64,000 bases of DNA from Paragordius varius. Taxonomy: Eukaryota; Animalia; Nematomorpha. The notes under the pieces were generated by a model. It was not told the DNA's origin, did not search any database, and saw nothing but the letters and a program-made list of their open reading frames with translations. The stretch is taken from assembly GCA_964247055.1 (NCBI GenBank), contig OZ176053.1, positions 4,650,001-4,714,000 of the forward strand, written 5' to 3'. Below are positions 28,701-40,639 of the stretch, piece after piece (the stretch's first letter is position 1; each line of letters opens with the position of its first letter). The position numbers and the translations under genes were made by a program.

Positions 28701-28709
28701 GTACCACTG
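22787..28709 (+). mobile_element. Decayed hAT transposon (GTF2IRD2/SPIN-like transposase remnants) split by a Gypsy insertion
   Basis: TIR CAGTGGTACTCA at both ends. Remnants KKEWEEQFFV (about 23300), KWWVLLAYLCDIT (about 23600) and C-terminal PSIYTCETAYSK..KNTYRNR..DHMDDLLRLA (about 28330-28435). TSD not preserved. Confidence 0.8.
23930..28118 (+). mobile_element. Ty3/Gypsy LTR retrotransposon (Mag-like), full length but inactivated
   Basis: LTRs 23930-24120 and 27931-28118 differ by 3 substitutions and one TTA unit. 5-bp TSD ATATG, PBS TGGTGCCGT, PPT AGGGGGAAGA. Gag CCHC knuckle, protease LFDTGAD, RT YLDD, RNase H ETDAS, integrase HHCC and DDE, GPY/F module. Frameshifts near 24245 and 26755 and a nonsense codon at 27004-27006. 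Confidence 0.96.
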
Positions 28710-29195
28710 ACCCAGATGATCTTAAAGCATGATTTATGGAAAAACGACCAGAATGGACCAGATTTTCAAAAACATTGGAGAATGGCTTGACAGATGTTTT
28801 CCGCAAAAGACAATTTTTTGGCACAGAAAATCTATTAGAGCATCTGTATACCAATGTACAATTTCAAAAATAATATTAATTTCCTATTAAAATTCATAAA
28901 ATAAAAACTTATGACTGCACCTGAATAAAATTATCATAATAAACCGAAAATTGCGTTCTTTTATGTTTGAGACTTTTATTTTTCAATCATAAATATTGCT
29001 CATTTGTATGTATACCCATTATAAAACCATGCGACGATATATGCACCTTAATAATTATCTCAAGATATCGCATATCATTGATTAATTTTAAAATAACATC
29101 ACATAGAGAACAATACGCATACATAATCATTTATTAATTTTATACATGGATTCATTATAAATATTGATATATGACGATATTTTTTAGCAATTAAA

Positions 29196-30670
29196 TTAAT
29201 CTTCAAGTCGGCGGCCTTGACCCCAGGCGTGTCTCCTATGAGCAGATTCGTTATTTGTATCACTTGATTGTGTTGCTGTCCGATAACTGGGTGGCACACC
29301 AAAACCACTAACTCCCCCAACTCGGTTTGGGATATATTTATACCTATATTTAAAGATAAAAAATAAAACAATTTACAGTAAATATGATAAAGAAAGTGGT
29401 ATCTGTAATAATTTGTTTTTTTTCTAAAAGGGATGAACTGAATAAATTGACCTATATTAGTATATAATAGTACCGACAATTTAAATAATATAAATTTAAA
29501 CCAAACAAACGCCATAATTAATGACGCACTTCAATGAATCTTAATATATTTATACAAAATAAAAATAATAGAGATTTAAAGGGGTCGGTTATGCAACAAA
29601 ATATTAGAAAATAAATTGATGAACGTACACGACAATATATATTAAATTAACTTAGTTTCTAATGCATAGAAATCTTTAAAAATGATATGGATAGGTCTTG
29701 GCATTTTATGTATTTAACTTATAGTCGTATTTGTTATACAAGACCATTTATAAATACCAACCAAGATTCAATAAACCCAATAGTTGAGATGAGTAATTTG
29801 ACACATTTTGACATAATTGTATAAATTCATTTATAAAAACAGGTATATCACTTAATTTTTCGGCTGTTTTAATTCTCTTATTTTTAAAAATGAAGATCGC
29901 ATTTATATAAGGATATAAAAAATGTTACAATATATTCGGTGTATCCAAAAATGAACGACCCCCCATTTCTTGAGGATACTTGAATTTGAGAAAAAAGTAT
30001 AAATGCCCCACTAAGATTCCAAGTATTTCACTCATTGCCCTAAAAACTATGAGACTATTTACCCTCCTTGTAATATCATATTGAATCCAGCCAAGACCCA
30101 TGGTAAATATATAGCCTATAATAAAATAAAATTGGTAAAACTTTAAATTGAGTTCCAAACCAAAAAGATACAATCACATCCTTATTTAATTGACACCAAA
30201 CATATAAAATGCTTAAAACCATTGGATCTAATAATAACTAGTATATAACGTAAAAATTATACATATATATCAAAAAACAATCCAATTATCACTAGCATTA
30301 TCCAATTAAATAGGAGTAAGAAAACATAATCCGCAGGTCGGCGTTCATAAGTCCCTGAATATTTCAATTAATATACCTTTTTCTAACTGAGATGAATAAT
30401 TGTAAAGAAAATATATTAATAACAGATAGTGGAATCCAGTAGCAGGTGATAGTGGATAATATAATAATGCAGTTATTGGTCTCCAAATCTATTTATAATT
30501 ATTTTAAAAACTTGAAAATGTTTTATGGTAGGTTCATATAATAATATCATAGCGTATGGTTTTAGTATACCTATTCGTCCTGCCAATGGAAATATTATTG
30601 AGAGAGAAAACCATATTCGTGTAATAATGGGGATTGTTTTAAACCAATCCATCAATTCATTTTGGGCCAT
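29196..30670 (-). CDS. DERL1: Derlin-1 (ERAD rhomboid pseudoprotease), 7 exons, 256 aa
   Basis: Exons 30670-30512, 30488-30377, 30354-30263, 30237-30142, 30115-30063, 30039-29929, 29343-29196 (771 nt). Introns are 23, 22, 25, 26, 23 and 585 nt. Motifs FQIWRPITA, RPADYVFLLLFNW, FWFGTQFKAIYLPW, C-terminal HAWGQGRRL (SHP-box-like). Confidence 0.95.
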
Positions 30671-31028
30671 CCCGTTCGCTTTTCTTTTGAAACGTGGTTG
30701 AAAGATATTATGAAAAATCCGCTGTTATGGATAATATAAAATTATTTATAACTTTCTAAAGTTTTTAGATCTTAACGGTATATAAAATATTTTTATTAAT
30801 CTATTTAAAACAAATTTTGTAATTCGGATATTTAATTTGATGAATTCGCAAAATATCATAATACATCAACCTAAATAACAAAACATTTTCACACTTGATG
30901 GGATACAATATTGACACCGCTATAATTTGGTATACAACAGACTTTAATTTAAACTTAGGATGCTTTATATATTCAAAAATCTTAGTCTGTTTAGCCAAAA
31001 GTCATATTTTAATAATAACTTTATTTTA

Positions 31029-31500
31029 CTCGATTTAAATTAGGGTATCTAAAGCCTCCAGACCATCTTTAAATTATTTTTATTAAATAACCGAAAATGG
31101 TCCTAATTTAAATGCACACTTTTATCTCAATATAAATTATATTGATAAACCAAAACATCTAAATAAAAATTTCTATTCCCTATTTCACGCCATTTCTATT
31201 TCACAACAATTCGCAACATATCGTGTTTTTTTAACGCCAAAGTAAACTTAATATATATAAAAATCACATTTAACATTTATATAAGAAAAATATTTATTTT
31301 TATTCATTTAACTATTACAAATATTTCAGGTTGGCTAGATAGCCTTACATCAAATAAGTAATATTGAGCTATCTTTTAAAAACATTTATATTTTAGTGAT
31401 CAATGTTTTATATTTAGAAATTGATTTTAACAGGCCTGGGGTCCCCAAAGACCACATGATGAACGAGGACGGAAATGATTGTGTTGTATCCAAGTCTTAA
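31029..31500 (-). mobile_element. Degenerate piggyBac-type MITE (family A)
   Basis: Recognisable termini tcgatttaaattagggtatctaaa and aacaggcctgggg...gtgttgtatccaagtcttaa. Confidence 0.6.
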
Positions 31501-31569
31501 CATTCCATTACCTAATAGGTTCTATTTTCCTGAGCATTTGGATTTCGAATATGTCAAAAGTATTTAAAG

Positions 31570-32530
31570 CAGGGGTTGGCAACCTTTTTAAAGGTGAGCC
31601 GTTTTCTAAATAGAAAACTTTAGGCTAGCTGTGATTATTATTAAGGAAATTTGATTCCTTTATATTAAACCTAAAAATATGAGATATCATCTTCTTTACT
31701 CTAATAGTTAAATTATTTTAATGATTAAATTTAATCTGGTTGTGATTTCGATACTGATACTCTCAACAAGTTTTGCAATTTTCATCCGGCACTGTTTTTA
31801 TATTTTGATTCATACCTTAAAAACTTTGTTCGTATAAACAGGTGCTTGAAAAATTCTACATAGATTTGGCAAAATATTTTATGATACTAAATTTTTTATC
31901 TGGTAGACTTTATTAAAATGCAACTAAATTCATCAAAATCATGTTAATTATTTTTAGACTGCGAAGAATTAACCCTGATTGTAAATTTTCTGGTGCTTTT
32001 ACAATATTAGAGTATTTTTTAAAATTTAGTATATTTCTTTATTGTACAAAAAAACATGAAACCGATGACAAAAATTTTCATCCAACACATTTAGTGTTTC
32101 AATAAATTTATGCGAGCCTTATGTTTATCGGTTTTAATTAAAAACGATTGCAAAGTAGAAAAATAAAAATAAACAATTTTATTTTTATTTGGAAACTTTC
32201 TATTTCTCTAAAAAATAGTTAAATTACTTTTTCCTTGCAATGTTTTCTTTTATTCATTTGAATAAGCTGTGATATCAACCAGAAAGCTAAATCTCGTAGC
32301 CAAGGAAAATTGGATTATTCTGGGATATAATTATTTCAGCCAAAAAGATTTGTATTTACTCTATTAACTCAAAGAATCAAAAGTTTCACGCGACTAAGCC
32401 ATTTTACTTCTGTAAATTGTATAACATTGTCATATTATAATTGATCATCCAATAAATTTCTAACCAATTAATGGTTGAAGTTGTCATTGTTTACCAGCCG
32501 CAAAACGCTTACGGTTAAACATTATCTATT
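31570..32530 (-). mobile_element. Decayed hAT transposon fragment
   Basis: Terminus CAGGGGTTGGCAAC at 31570. Minus-strand remnants FTEVKWLSR and WLRDLAFL near 32270-32420. No matching second TIR found. Confidence 0.6.
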
Positions 32531-32540
32531 TTTTTATGTT

Positions 32541-33100
32541 TTAACACTTGGATACATCACATTCATTTTAGTCCTTCGATAATTGGGGTAGTTAAATACC
32601 CCAGGCCTGTTTAAAATTAAATCCTTTACAAAATATGGAGGAATCAAAACCATGGCAAAATTTTGCACTTATATAGCATAATAAACCGAGATATATAAAA
32701 AATTTTATTCAAAAATACTTGATATAGTTTTTTTAAGCCAAAACCGAAAGGTAAAAATTTAGTCCATGTGACATGTTTGCCATGTTAAAATTGAAAAATA
32801 ATACAAAAAAACCGCTTTTTCTATTTCTATCAATGTTAAATGTAATTTAAATAAAAAATTAGCTTAAATTTTCCCCTTAAAATTAAAATAAGACGATATT
32901 TTGCAAAATAAAAATGGCGTCGAAGTAGTTTGACATGAAACTTTTTTTTCAAAACAAATTTTATTTAGATATTTTGGCATATTTATATAATTTTTATTAG
33001 GATGGAATCATAAATTTAAATTGGGACCGTTTCAGTATTTTTTTAAAAATACTAACCAAATTTAGTCTGGGGTATTTAGATACCCCAATTTGAATCAAAG
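32541..33100 (+). mobile_element. piggyBac-type MITE (family A)
   Basis: Starts TTAACACTTGGATAC and is collinear with 39294-39882. Right terminus slightly degenerate. Confidence 0.8.
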
Positions 33101-33958
33101 TAATAAATGCTATGGCGAGCCATATAAAATCACACGATATAAGATATTATCTTAACTTTAAAAATATGCTTTCTTTAGTGTAGGCTAATTATGCAAAAAA
33201 TTTTCCTTTCCAACTTTTTTGCCGCCATTTTTTTCCATATATTTTTTTCGCTAATGCTACAGGCAAGTAATTATTGTTTGAAATTTTAAATAATTATCAG
33301 CTTTCAAGTTCATTTTACCAGCAAATTATTGATTTATTGTTATTTTAGTATCACCTGTTCAATCGAATCATATTTCAGAGCAGTCCCGATAAACTCTAGA
33401 AGTCACAAAAATGTAAAAGGTTTAGCTATTTTGTCTATGAGGAGAATGTTTGATAATTTAGCTGTAGTTTATTTGCGAAATTGTGCTATACAAAACCCTA
33501 AAAGGTAAATAGGACAAAAAAGGGAAAAGATAATGAATATATAAAAGGCATATTTTATTAACATTAGAAAGTCTATCTTTATTGTGCTAGAAACCATGCT
33601 TATTTTCGGTGATTTTTATGGGATGTGTAATTTTCCTCCGAAGATATATCATGCCGCTATATAGTCGTCAAATAAAAATCTTGCTGTAATAGATATTATG
33701 ATCAGGCGCTTTATCTAATAAAAAGCTTAATTGGACCCCTTACATCGCATACACTATATTTAAGTTTATTAGAAAAGTTAGCGGCATATCAAAAAAAAGA
33801 AGCTGGTTTAAACCCACTTTGATATCACAATATAAAATTAGCGGCATGTAGATTGATAATAGCGAAAAAAACTTAAATTACTGTAATTTTTTGATGATTC
33901 ATTTCAAAACATATGTAACCTTTTGCAGCACAAAACTTGGCGGAATATTTTTTGCGCG

Positions 33959-35081
33959 ATGGTTTTAAACGCTAACTGCAAACAACCAAGATATTTCCAA
34001 AACGTATGTTAAAATATTATTTTAGATTTGTATTGAAGGCAATATAGGAAGTGGAAAAACATCTTTTACCAAATGCTTTTTAAACATACCCAATTTCCAA
34101 GTACCGTTTTTAATTATTTTAGGTATGCCCTGAACCCATAGAAAAATGGCGTAACCTCAATGGCTACAATTTGCTGGTTTGTACCTTTATTTATTTCAGG
34201 ATTTATATTACGAAAATCCACAAAAATGGAGTTTTCCGTTTCAAATGTTGGTCCAAAAATCTCTCATGGATATTTTATATAAACCAACTGTATAATTCAT
34301 TTTATAATATTTAATATTTAGGATTGCTTTTACAAAATTATAGAAAGATCTATATATTCAGCCAAATATACCTTTGTAGAAAACATTCGTAAAAAGTTTT
34401 CTTATATTAATGCTATAGTAATAAAATATCAGATGTCGAATATTTGGTTTACACAGAATGGTTTGATTTTTGTTCAAAAGTATTACCATGCCCAATTGAC
34501 CTAGTGGTTTATATAAAAACGGACCCTGAAGTTTGTTATGAACGTATTCAAAATCGCGGTAGACCAGAAGAAGCTCTGGTACCTTTGGTATAATCAACAC
34601 ATTTTTTAAAATAATTATTTGTGAATACTCAATTTTTTTCACTTTTATAGGAATATTTACAAGAATTACATGATCTCCATGAAAATTGGCTTGTTAAAAA
34701 ACAATATAAAGATTTCAAGATCCCAGTTGTGGTGAGAATTTTTTATATGTATTAACTATCTATTTGTTTGCATAGTAAGGCATATTTTATGTTTGGCTTT
34801 AATTTTATTATATGTTATATACAGTATTTTTTTGAATATTAATAGTAATAGTATGTCCCTAAAATTAATTTTTGTCCGGAAAATTATATTTAATATTTTT
34901 TTTATATTTAATTCTTTTACAGACGATTGATGGAAACAAATCTTACGACCAAATAAAACTTGAAGCTCAAAACTTTTACCACACTTTGCTCGACCTAAAT
35001 TTAAATTTACAGAGTAATCAGAATTTATTCAACGATTCCATCAATGCGTCGCGACCCCCTTTACAATCTTTGAACCAATAA
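33959..35081 (+). CDS. Deoxynucleoside kinase (dNK / thymidine kinase 2 family), 8 exons, 248 aa
   Basis: Exons 33959-34003, 34026-34100, 34123-34176, 34200-34289, 34322-34395, 34419-34587, 34651-34731, 34923-35081 (747 nt). Introns are 22, 22, 23, 32, 23, 63 and 191 nt. P-loop IEGNIGSGKT, EPIEKWRN, ERSIYSA, lid RIQNRGRPEE. Confidence 0.93.
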
Positions 35082-35225
35082 CTTATTATTTATAAATACA
35101 TAATATGTATTGTTATTCCATTTTATTTATTTATAATATATTTTAATTAGTAATATTGTGCATTTATCACCCATTGTAAATATCATCATAATAATGAATT
35201 ATAGAATAAAAGACATTTAAATTAT

Positions 35226-35729
35226 TTATTGGAGTTTTAGCTCTGGGAAAAATTTAGATATTAATTCATCATAGGTTTTGGGAAAACATTGAAGCTCTTG
35301 GTCCCACGGATTCCTCTTTGCATCATAATCTCTCCCATACCGATCTTGAAACATTAAATTTAATTGTTTTATCATTAGGGGTGGCATTTCTAATAGCCCA
35401 TTGAAATTTTTGTTTGTAAAATTTTGTGAATATAAATCATACGGGTTTGATGTGTATCGCTTTTCAGCATACATATTACAATTATGGTTAAAGGATGAGT
35501 GTTGTTTCATAACCAACATTTTTTTCTTTCCATTGTTTATAAAATGAGCGTTACTCTTTGGATCAGTATGTGTAAAATACTTATTTGATTCTTTAGGTAA
35601 GTATTTGTGACAGGGATTTGGCTGAGTGCGAATAGTACTAACTCTATTGTACTTGGGGGAGGTATTTTCCTTCCTTTTGCTTTTGTTAAAGAGCGCCCAA
35701 TTAAAGTATTTAATACGTTTGTTATCCAT
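35226..35729 (-). CDS. Hypothetical 167-aa protein (single exon or terminal exon)
   Basis: A 549-nt stop-free frame in very AT-rich DNA, convergent with the kinase. First plausible ATG at 35729 (MDNKRIKYF). No family recognised. Confidence 0.5.
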   Translation of the reverse strand: MDNKRIKYFNWALFNKSKRKENTSPKYNRVSTIRTQPNPCHKYLPKESNKYFTHTDPKSNAHFINNGKKKMLVMKQHSSFNHNCNMYAEKRYTSNPYDLYSQNFTNKNFNGLLEMPPLMIKQLNLMFQDRYGRDYDAKRNPWDQELQCFPKTYDELISKFFPELKLQ

Positions 35730-36894
35730 AGGAATTAAGTCTATCAATGATATACAACTATTTAATAGAACCAATTTTCCAATTGAATTTTAGCGGGAAC
35801 CGGTTTTGTATATGTATTGAGTATTTTTTATATTTATTTAATAACCCAGGATCTATAATTTTAAAACGGGATATTATTATATTTTTACATCCAAAATGAC
35901 ATCTAAATAAATAATTTTACTAAACAATCTCTTTTTTGTTATGGTATTTTAACTAATGATTTTTCATCAAGTTATTAACTATCAATATCCTAAAAAATAT
36001 TCTGTCGATAAATGGTATTTTCACATTTGGTCACATCGATATTTGAGTTAAAATAACAAAACTTTTTGAATTAATTGATTGATAAAAAATTTACGCATGA
36101 ACTTATAGCAATACACAACTTTAAGTATGATAGAAATCTTAATTCTTTTACTAAAGTTACACCTAATCACACTAAAAATTGACGATTTCGAGAAAATATA
36201 AAATTTGGAACCTATAATATTTACCCATTGGTTAATATTTTTAAAAAATATTTTAAGTTTTCAGGGTTTTAATTTCTAACATAAACCCTTTTAATTTCAT
36301 ATATATATATATATATATTTGATAATAACCATATGACATTTTTACAATTAATGTAAAAAACATAAAGCACTTTAAGAATACTAATTCTTAAATTGGACTA
36401 GACATGCTAAAAAAATCGGCCAAAGACATCCAAATTTACCGCACAGTGTTATTGATTGCAATTATTTTCAAAGTATGTATAATGGTTTTTTTATTTATAA
36501 AATTTTAATTATCTTATACCTATGGGGATGTGTTAATGGATGTTCAGCATCCACAAGTTTGAATTAAAATAATAATATTTTTTATCCAAAATTTCGAATG
36601 GAAATCGATTGGAACGAAAAATAGTTGTGCTAATATATAAATCTAAAAATAAATTATACCCAAATTTATGAATAGATTAATTCATAGAAAAAATAATTAG
36701 AATATGCTGTTCTTATGATTATTTAGTTTTATTAACAATAAAATAATAGATTAATGCCCATTTTAAACATTGTAAGATATTTTATTGCTGTTAAAACTTT
36801 ATTTGTATTTAATATCTAACGCATCATATGGATGATACCAAATATTCATCATAAAAATTAAATATTGTTGATAAATACGTTTAAAAAATTTATA

Positions 36895-37150
36895 ATATAT
36901 ATTGAATATTTCATAAACCATTTAGTGATCAAAGACCCAGTCTACTTGAATGGATAAGTCAAAACTTTGTTGGATACCATAAAATTAAGAGAATAATTTT
37001 GCCATATATTTACGATACTAGGGTCATAGTACAGTAATAGGCATTAGGGTAAGTAAAACAGCTTCCAATTTCGACTAAATTAAAATTATAATTTTGTATC
37101 CTAACGATTACATTATGATTACCTACTCTTAATATTCATAAAATTAATAT
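36895..37150 (+). pseudogene. Decayed duplicate of the first part of the ZUP1 terminal exon
   Basis: Collinear with 43762-44030: tttcataaacca, cttgaatggataagtcaa, agggtca(c/t)ag, ataatttt..atcctaacgatt and ctactcttaat are shared. Has indels and stops. Confidence 0.8.
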
Positions 37151-38149
37151 GAATACGTTTCTCCATTCTGTTCTGCCAGTCAATTTTTTAAAGATACTGA
37201 CAAATAAAAAAATTCCATAATTTGCAAAAAAATTTATCTACAATCTTAAAAGCCTAAATCAATATTTTTCCAAACAAATATGTTTTTAATGTCTATGTCT
37301 TCATTTAATAAAAATATACATCATTAATTGTTCGCAGATGGGTTATTTTCTTGGGCCATTAAATTCTTATAAATTTGATTCCGTACAGTCCTATCGGTTC
37401 TTTGTATATATTTTTTAAAATGTGGATAGGCTAGATTTCTTAAATGCACTGCCCATTGATGTTGCATGATGCATATATTAAAAACTCTTTTCGCGCAATC
37501 ACAGCGATTTTGTGTTTATATCTAACCTATATAGAAGGGGCCAAAAATTTGAGACATCCGGAACCTATAGGTGGGAATTAGAAGATTAATATTGTAATGC
37601 TTTTTAAAGATAGTATATGAATTATGATATTTAAGGAATGTATTTAGCATTCTCAAAACAATGTACGCAAATTTAATTTAAATATATGTGGAATTCATCA
37701 AAATTAGATGGATTTTTAATCACTCACAAGGTTTTCCAACCAAAAGCACCAATAGAATCCTGAATCTGGTGTGCACTGTGTACCACACCACTGCGTCTAA
37801 AATCGGGTGTATAAATCCCGGTATACATATTATGATTTAAAAAGAATCAGGATTCTGTTATGCAAATCGGAAAGATATACTTTATTTTTATATCATAATT
37901 TTCTGTTACATGCAAATGTGAAATACATACCTTGGTTATATATCATAACTTTCACCCTTATTTGAATTGTATTATTTTCTATATTTTTTGTGTAATATGT
38001 AAATAATATAACCTTTCTTACTTGAAATTTTATTGATATAATGCAAATTATGTACAACTAAATTTACTATATAAACCCTAAAAAAACCAAATAATAAAAT
38101 TCAGTTCATTCCACATTTCTTTTATTATCTCTTTATCTTAAAAGATAAC

Positions 38150-39200
38150 AGATTCTCATGTGGTTTTGGTTACGAGTAATATAAAAAAGCATTTTTATGG
38201 TAAGCTCAATATCTTAAATTCAAATTAGCGCACTTATTAGTAAAAGCTAAGTGATTTAATTTTAAAATATCATTATAATACATAATAAACTATTTTAAGC
38301 ATAATAATATTTTTACGGCTCCGAACGTCTTTTTTTCGCCCCATTAAAATGGGCTACTACTAAACTAAACGAAAAATCCCGAGATTTTGCGATAAATTTA
38401 TTATATATATATATGCTAGATTATGTCATCAAAAAACATATTTTATAATTCATACTTTGTTAAAGATATTTAATTTTTGGCAGTTGAAGCGTATTTCATA
38501 CTAGTTTGAAGCATGATGGAAACGGTATAATAAAGTAAGATATCATAAAAAAGTTTAAATATAAGATGATGTTGAACATTTGTCCATCCTAAGAGGTTTA
38601 ATTAAAAAATTTTTTTTTATATATTTGTTAAAATTGTGTTTACCACAAAAATTTACACGAATTTAAAAACAAACAACTCTTTTTGAGGTGAGAGAGATAT
38701 TCAGTTCTTCAAAATATATTAAAAAAGTGTTTATAAAATATCTAAAGTGTTTTTACACCGTTTCCACTATGCTTTAAAATACCATAAAACTCGCTTGACT
38801 AAAATTTTAATTTAAATTTTATTTCGGTAACAACTTTTTTTAATGTCAAAATTTAGCACTATTTAGATCTTCTAAACCGTCGCCCTATCACCTTTATTTA
38901 GGAGTACTTGCTCATTTTAGACTGGTAAATCTACGCTAAGATATCTAAAATGTTATATTTTTTAAAATAATGTTCTGCTTTTCATAGGTAGTATATGATA
39001 TATTTTAGCGATATTATTTGTAATGAAGCATTTAGCTTTCAGCAAAAATATTATTTAAAAAATGTGCCCAAATTTTGCCATTTTATATGGCGCACTTACC
39101 TCAAAAGGGTAAATAACTTTCTCATATCTTTCGTAGGGGCCAAAACCAAAAGCACAATAATAATCCTTATACATTTTCCGATTAAAATATATATATTTTA
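38150..39200. mobile_element. About 1-kb foldback element (family C), decayed
   Basis: Left arm (tttgaagcatgatggaaacggt, about 38505) pairs with right arm (accgtttccactatgcttt, about 38757). gcatttagctttc and ggggccaaaaccaaaagcac recur elsewhere in the window. Confidence 0.65.
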
Positions 39201-39293
39201 ACAGGTTATTTTTGTGTTCACGGTGTATATTCAATAAAAGCTTATCAAAATTTATATATTACTCTAATATCTTTTTTAAGCTCCGGTTAATCT

Positions 39294-39882
39294 TTAACAC
39301 TTGGATACAACACATTCATTTTAGTCCTTCAATTCAAATTGGGGTAGTTGGATACCCCAGGCCTGTTTAAAATTAAATACTTTACAAAGTATGGAAGCAA
39401 TCGAAACCATGGCAAAATTTTGCACTTAAATAACATTAATAAACCGAAATATATAAAAAATTTTATTCAAAAATTCTTGATATTACTTATTTTGAGCTAA
39501 AACTGAAAGGTAAAAATTTAGTCAACGTGACATGTGTCAAATTGTAAAATTAAAAAATAATACAAAATTAACCGCTTTTTCTATTTCTATCAATGTTAGA
39601 TGTATTTTTATAAAAAATAAGCTTTAGTTTTACCCTTGAAATTAAATGAAGGCGATATTTTGCAAAATATTTGTGAAATAAAAATGGCGTCGAAGTAGTT
39701 TGATATGGAACTTTTTTTTCAAAACAAAATTTTATCAAGATAATTTGGCATATTTATATAATATTTATCAGGATAGAAGCATAAATTTAAATTGGGACCG
39801 TTTCCTTCAGTAGTTTTTTTAAAAATTTTAATTTAAATTTAGTCTGGGGTATTACATACCCCAATTTGAATCGAAGTGTTAA
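39294..39882 (+). mobile_element. piggyBac-type MITE (family A), complete reference copy
   Basis: TTAA at 39294-39297 and 39879-39882. Asymmetric terminal and subterminal inverted repeats. Confidence 0.88.
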
Positions 39883-40639
39883 TACCCATAGAAATCAGCT
39901 ATGTTCTGATACTGCGTCCGAAATCGGCAAATATATAAAAATGTGAATATAAACATATATGTGCGAATAGAAAAATTTATCAGGAATGGGACTTTGGTTT
40001 TCATTCAGATGATTTTTTAAAATAATTTACATTGTGAGCTTCAAATAAGAAAATGGCAAATTTTTCCCCCATTCTTAAATAGTTTATTTTGGTAAATATG
40101 CTTCATTCGAAAAAATATTATAAACCACTTATAAAATTAATATTTTTATAAAATATTAATTTTGCAACGTGGGCTCCGAACAAAAGCAGTCACAACCATT
40201 TTTTGTAAAAAAATAAATTTGATAGCAATATTTCGTTTGAAAAAATTTATTTAACGATTTACATTATTAAATATTTGGATAATATGGGAAATGACCTCGG
40301 AATTTGTTTTAACATTTTTTCGATTCATTTGCGCTAAATATTTTTGGAATCACAATACTTTAAAAAAATTATATCATGCTATGTTTTTTTAGATATTATT
40401 TATGAGATATTATATCTTTAATCAAAAATTTTAAGGATTATATAAAATGCCATAGAATTGTGCACTACAAAATAAATTGTTGAATGGGAAATCGGATCAG
40501 ACAGAATCTTTACTTAGTATCATCCTTAAAAAAATAAGATAACAGTCAAAATCATAACTGAAATACAATTTTTATCAAAGTTTTTTGGCATTCTCATGGT
40601 GTACAAAAATAGTATTTGAAATAGTAATTTTTTACGCAG

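Noticed and set aside
33349-33502. About 50-codon open frame with flanking AG and GT between DERL1 and the kinase
   Set aside because: No start, no partner exons and no recognisable protein.
33894-33958. A 14-nt intron (33915-33928) would link ATG 33894 in frame and give the kinase a presequence-like N-terminus (MIHFKTYHKTWRNIFCA)
   Set aside because: It is shorter than any known spliceosomal intron, and this window shows 16-19-nt options being bypassed. Cheap to test with RNA-seq but not supportable here.
37750-37860. Small hairpins and a 10-bp inverted repeat (AGAATCCTGA / TCAGGATTCT), possible snoRNA
   Set aside because: No convincing H/ACA or C/D boxes, and the stems are short enough to be chance or MITE debris.
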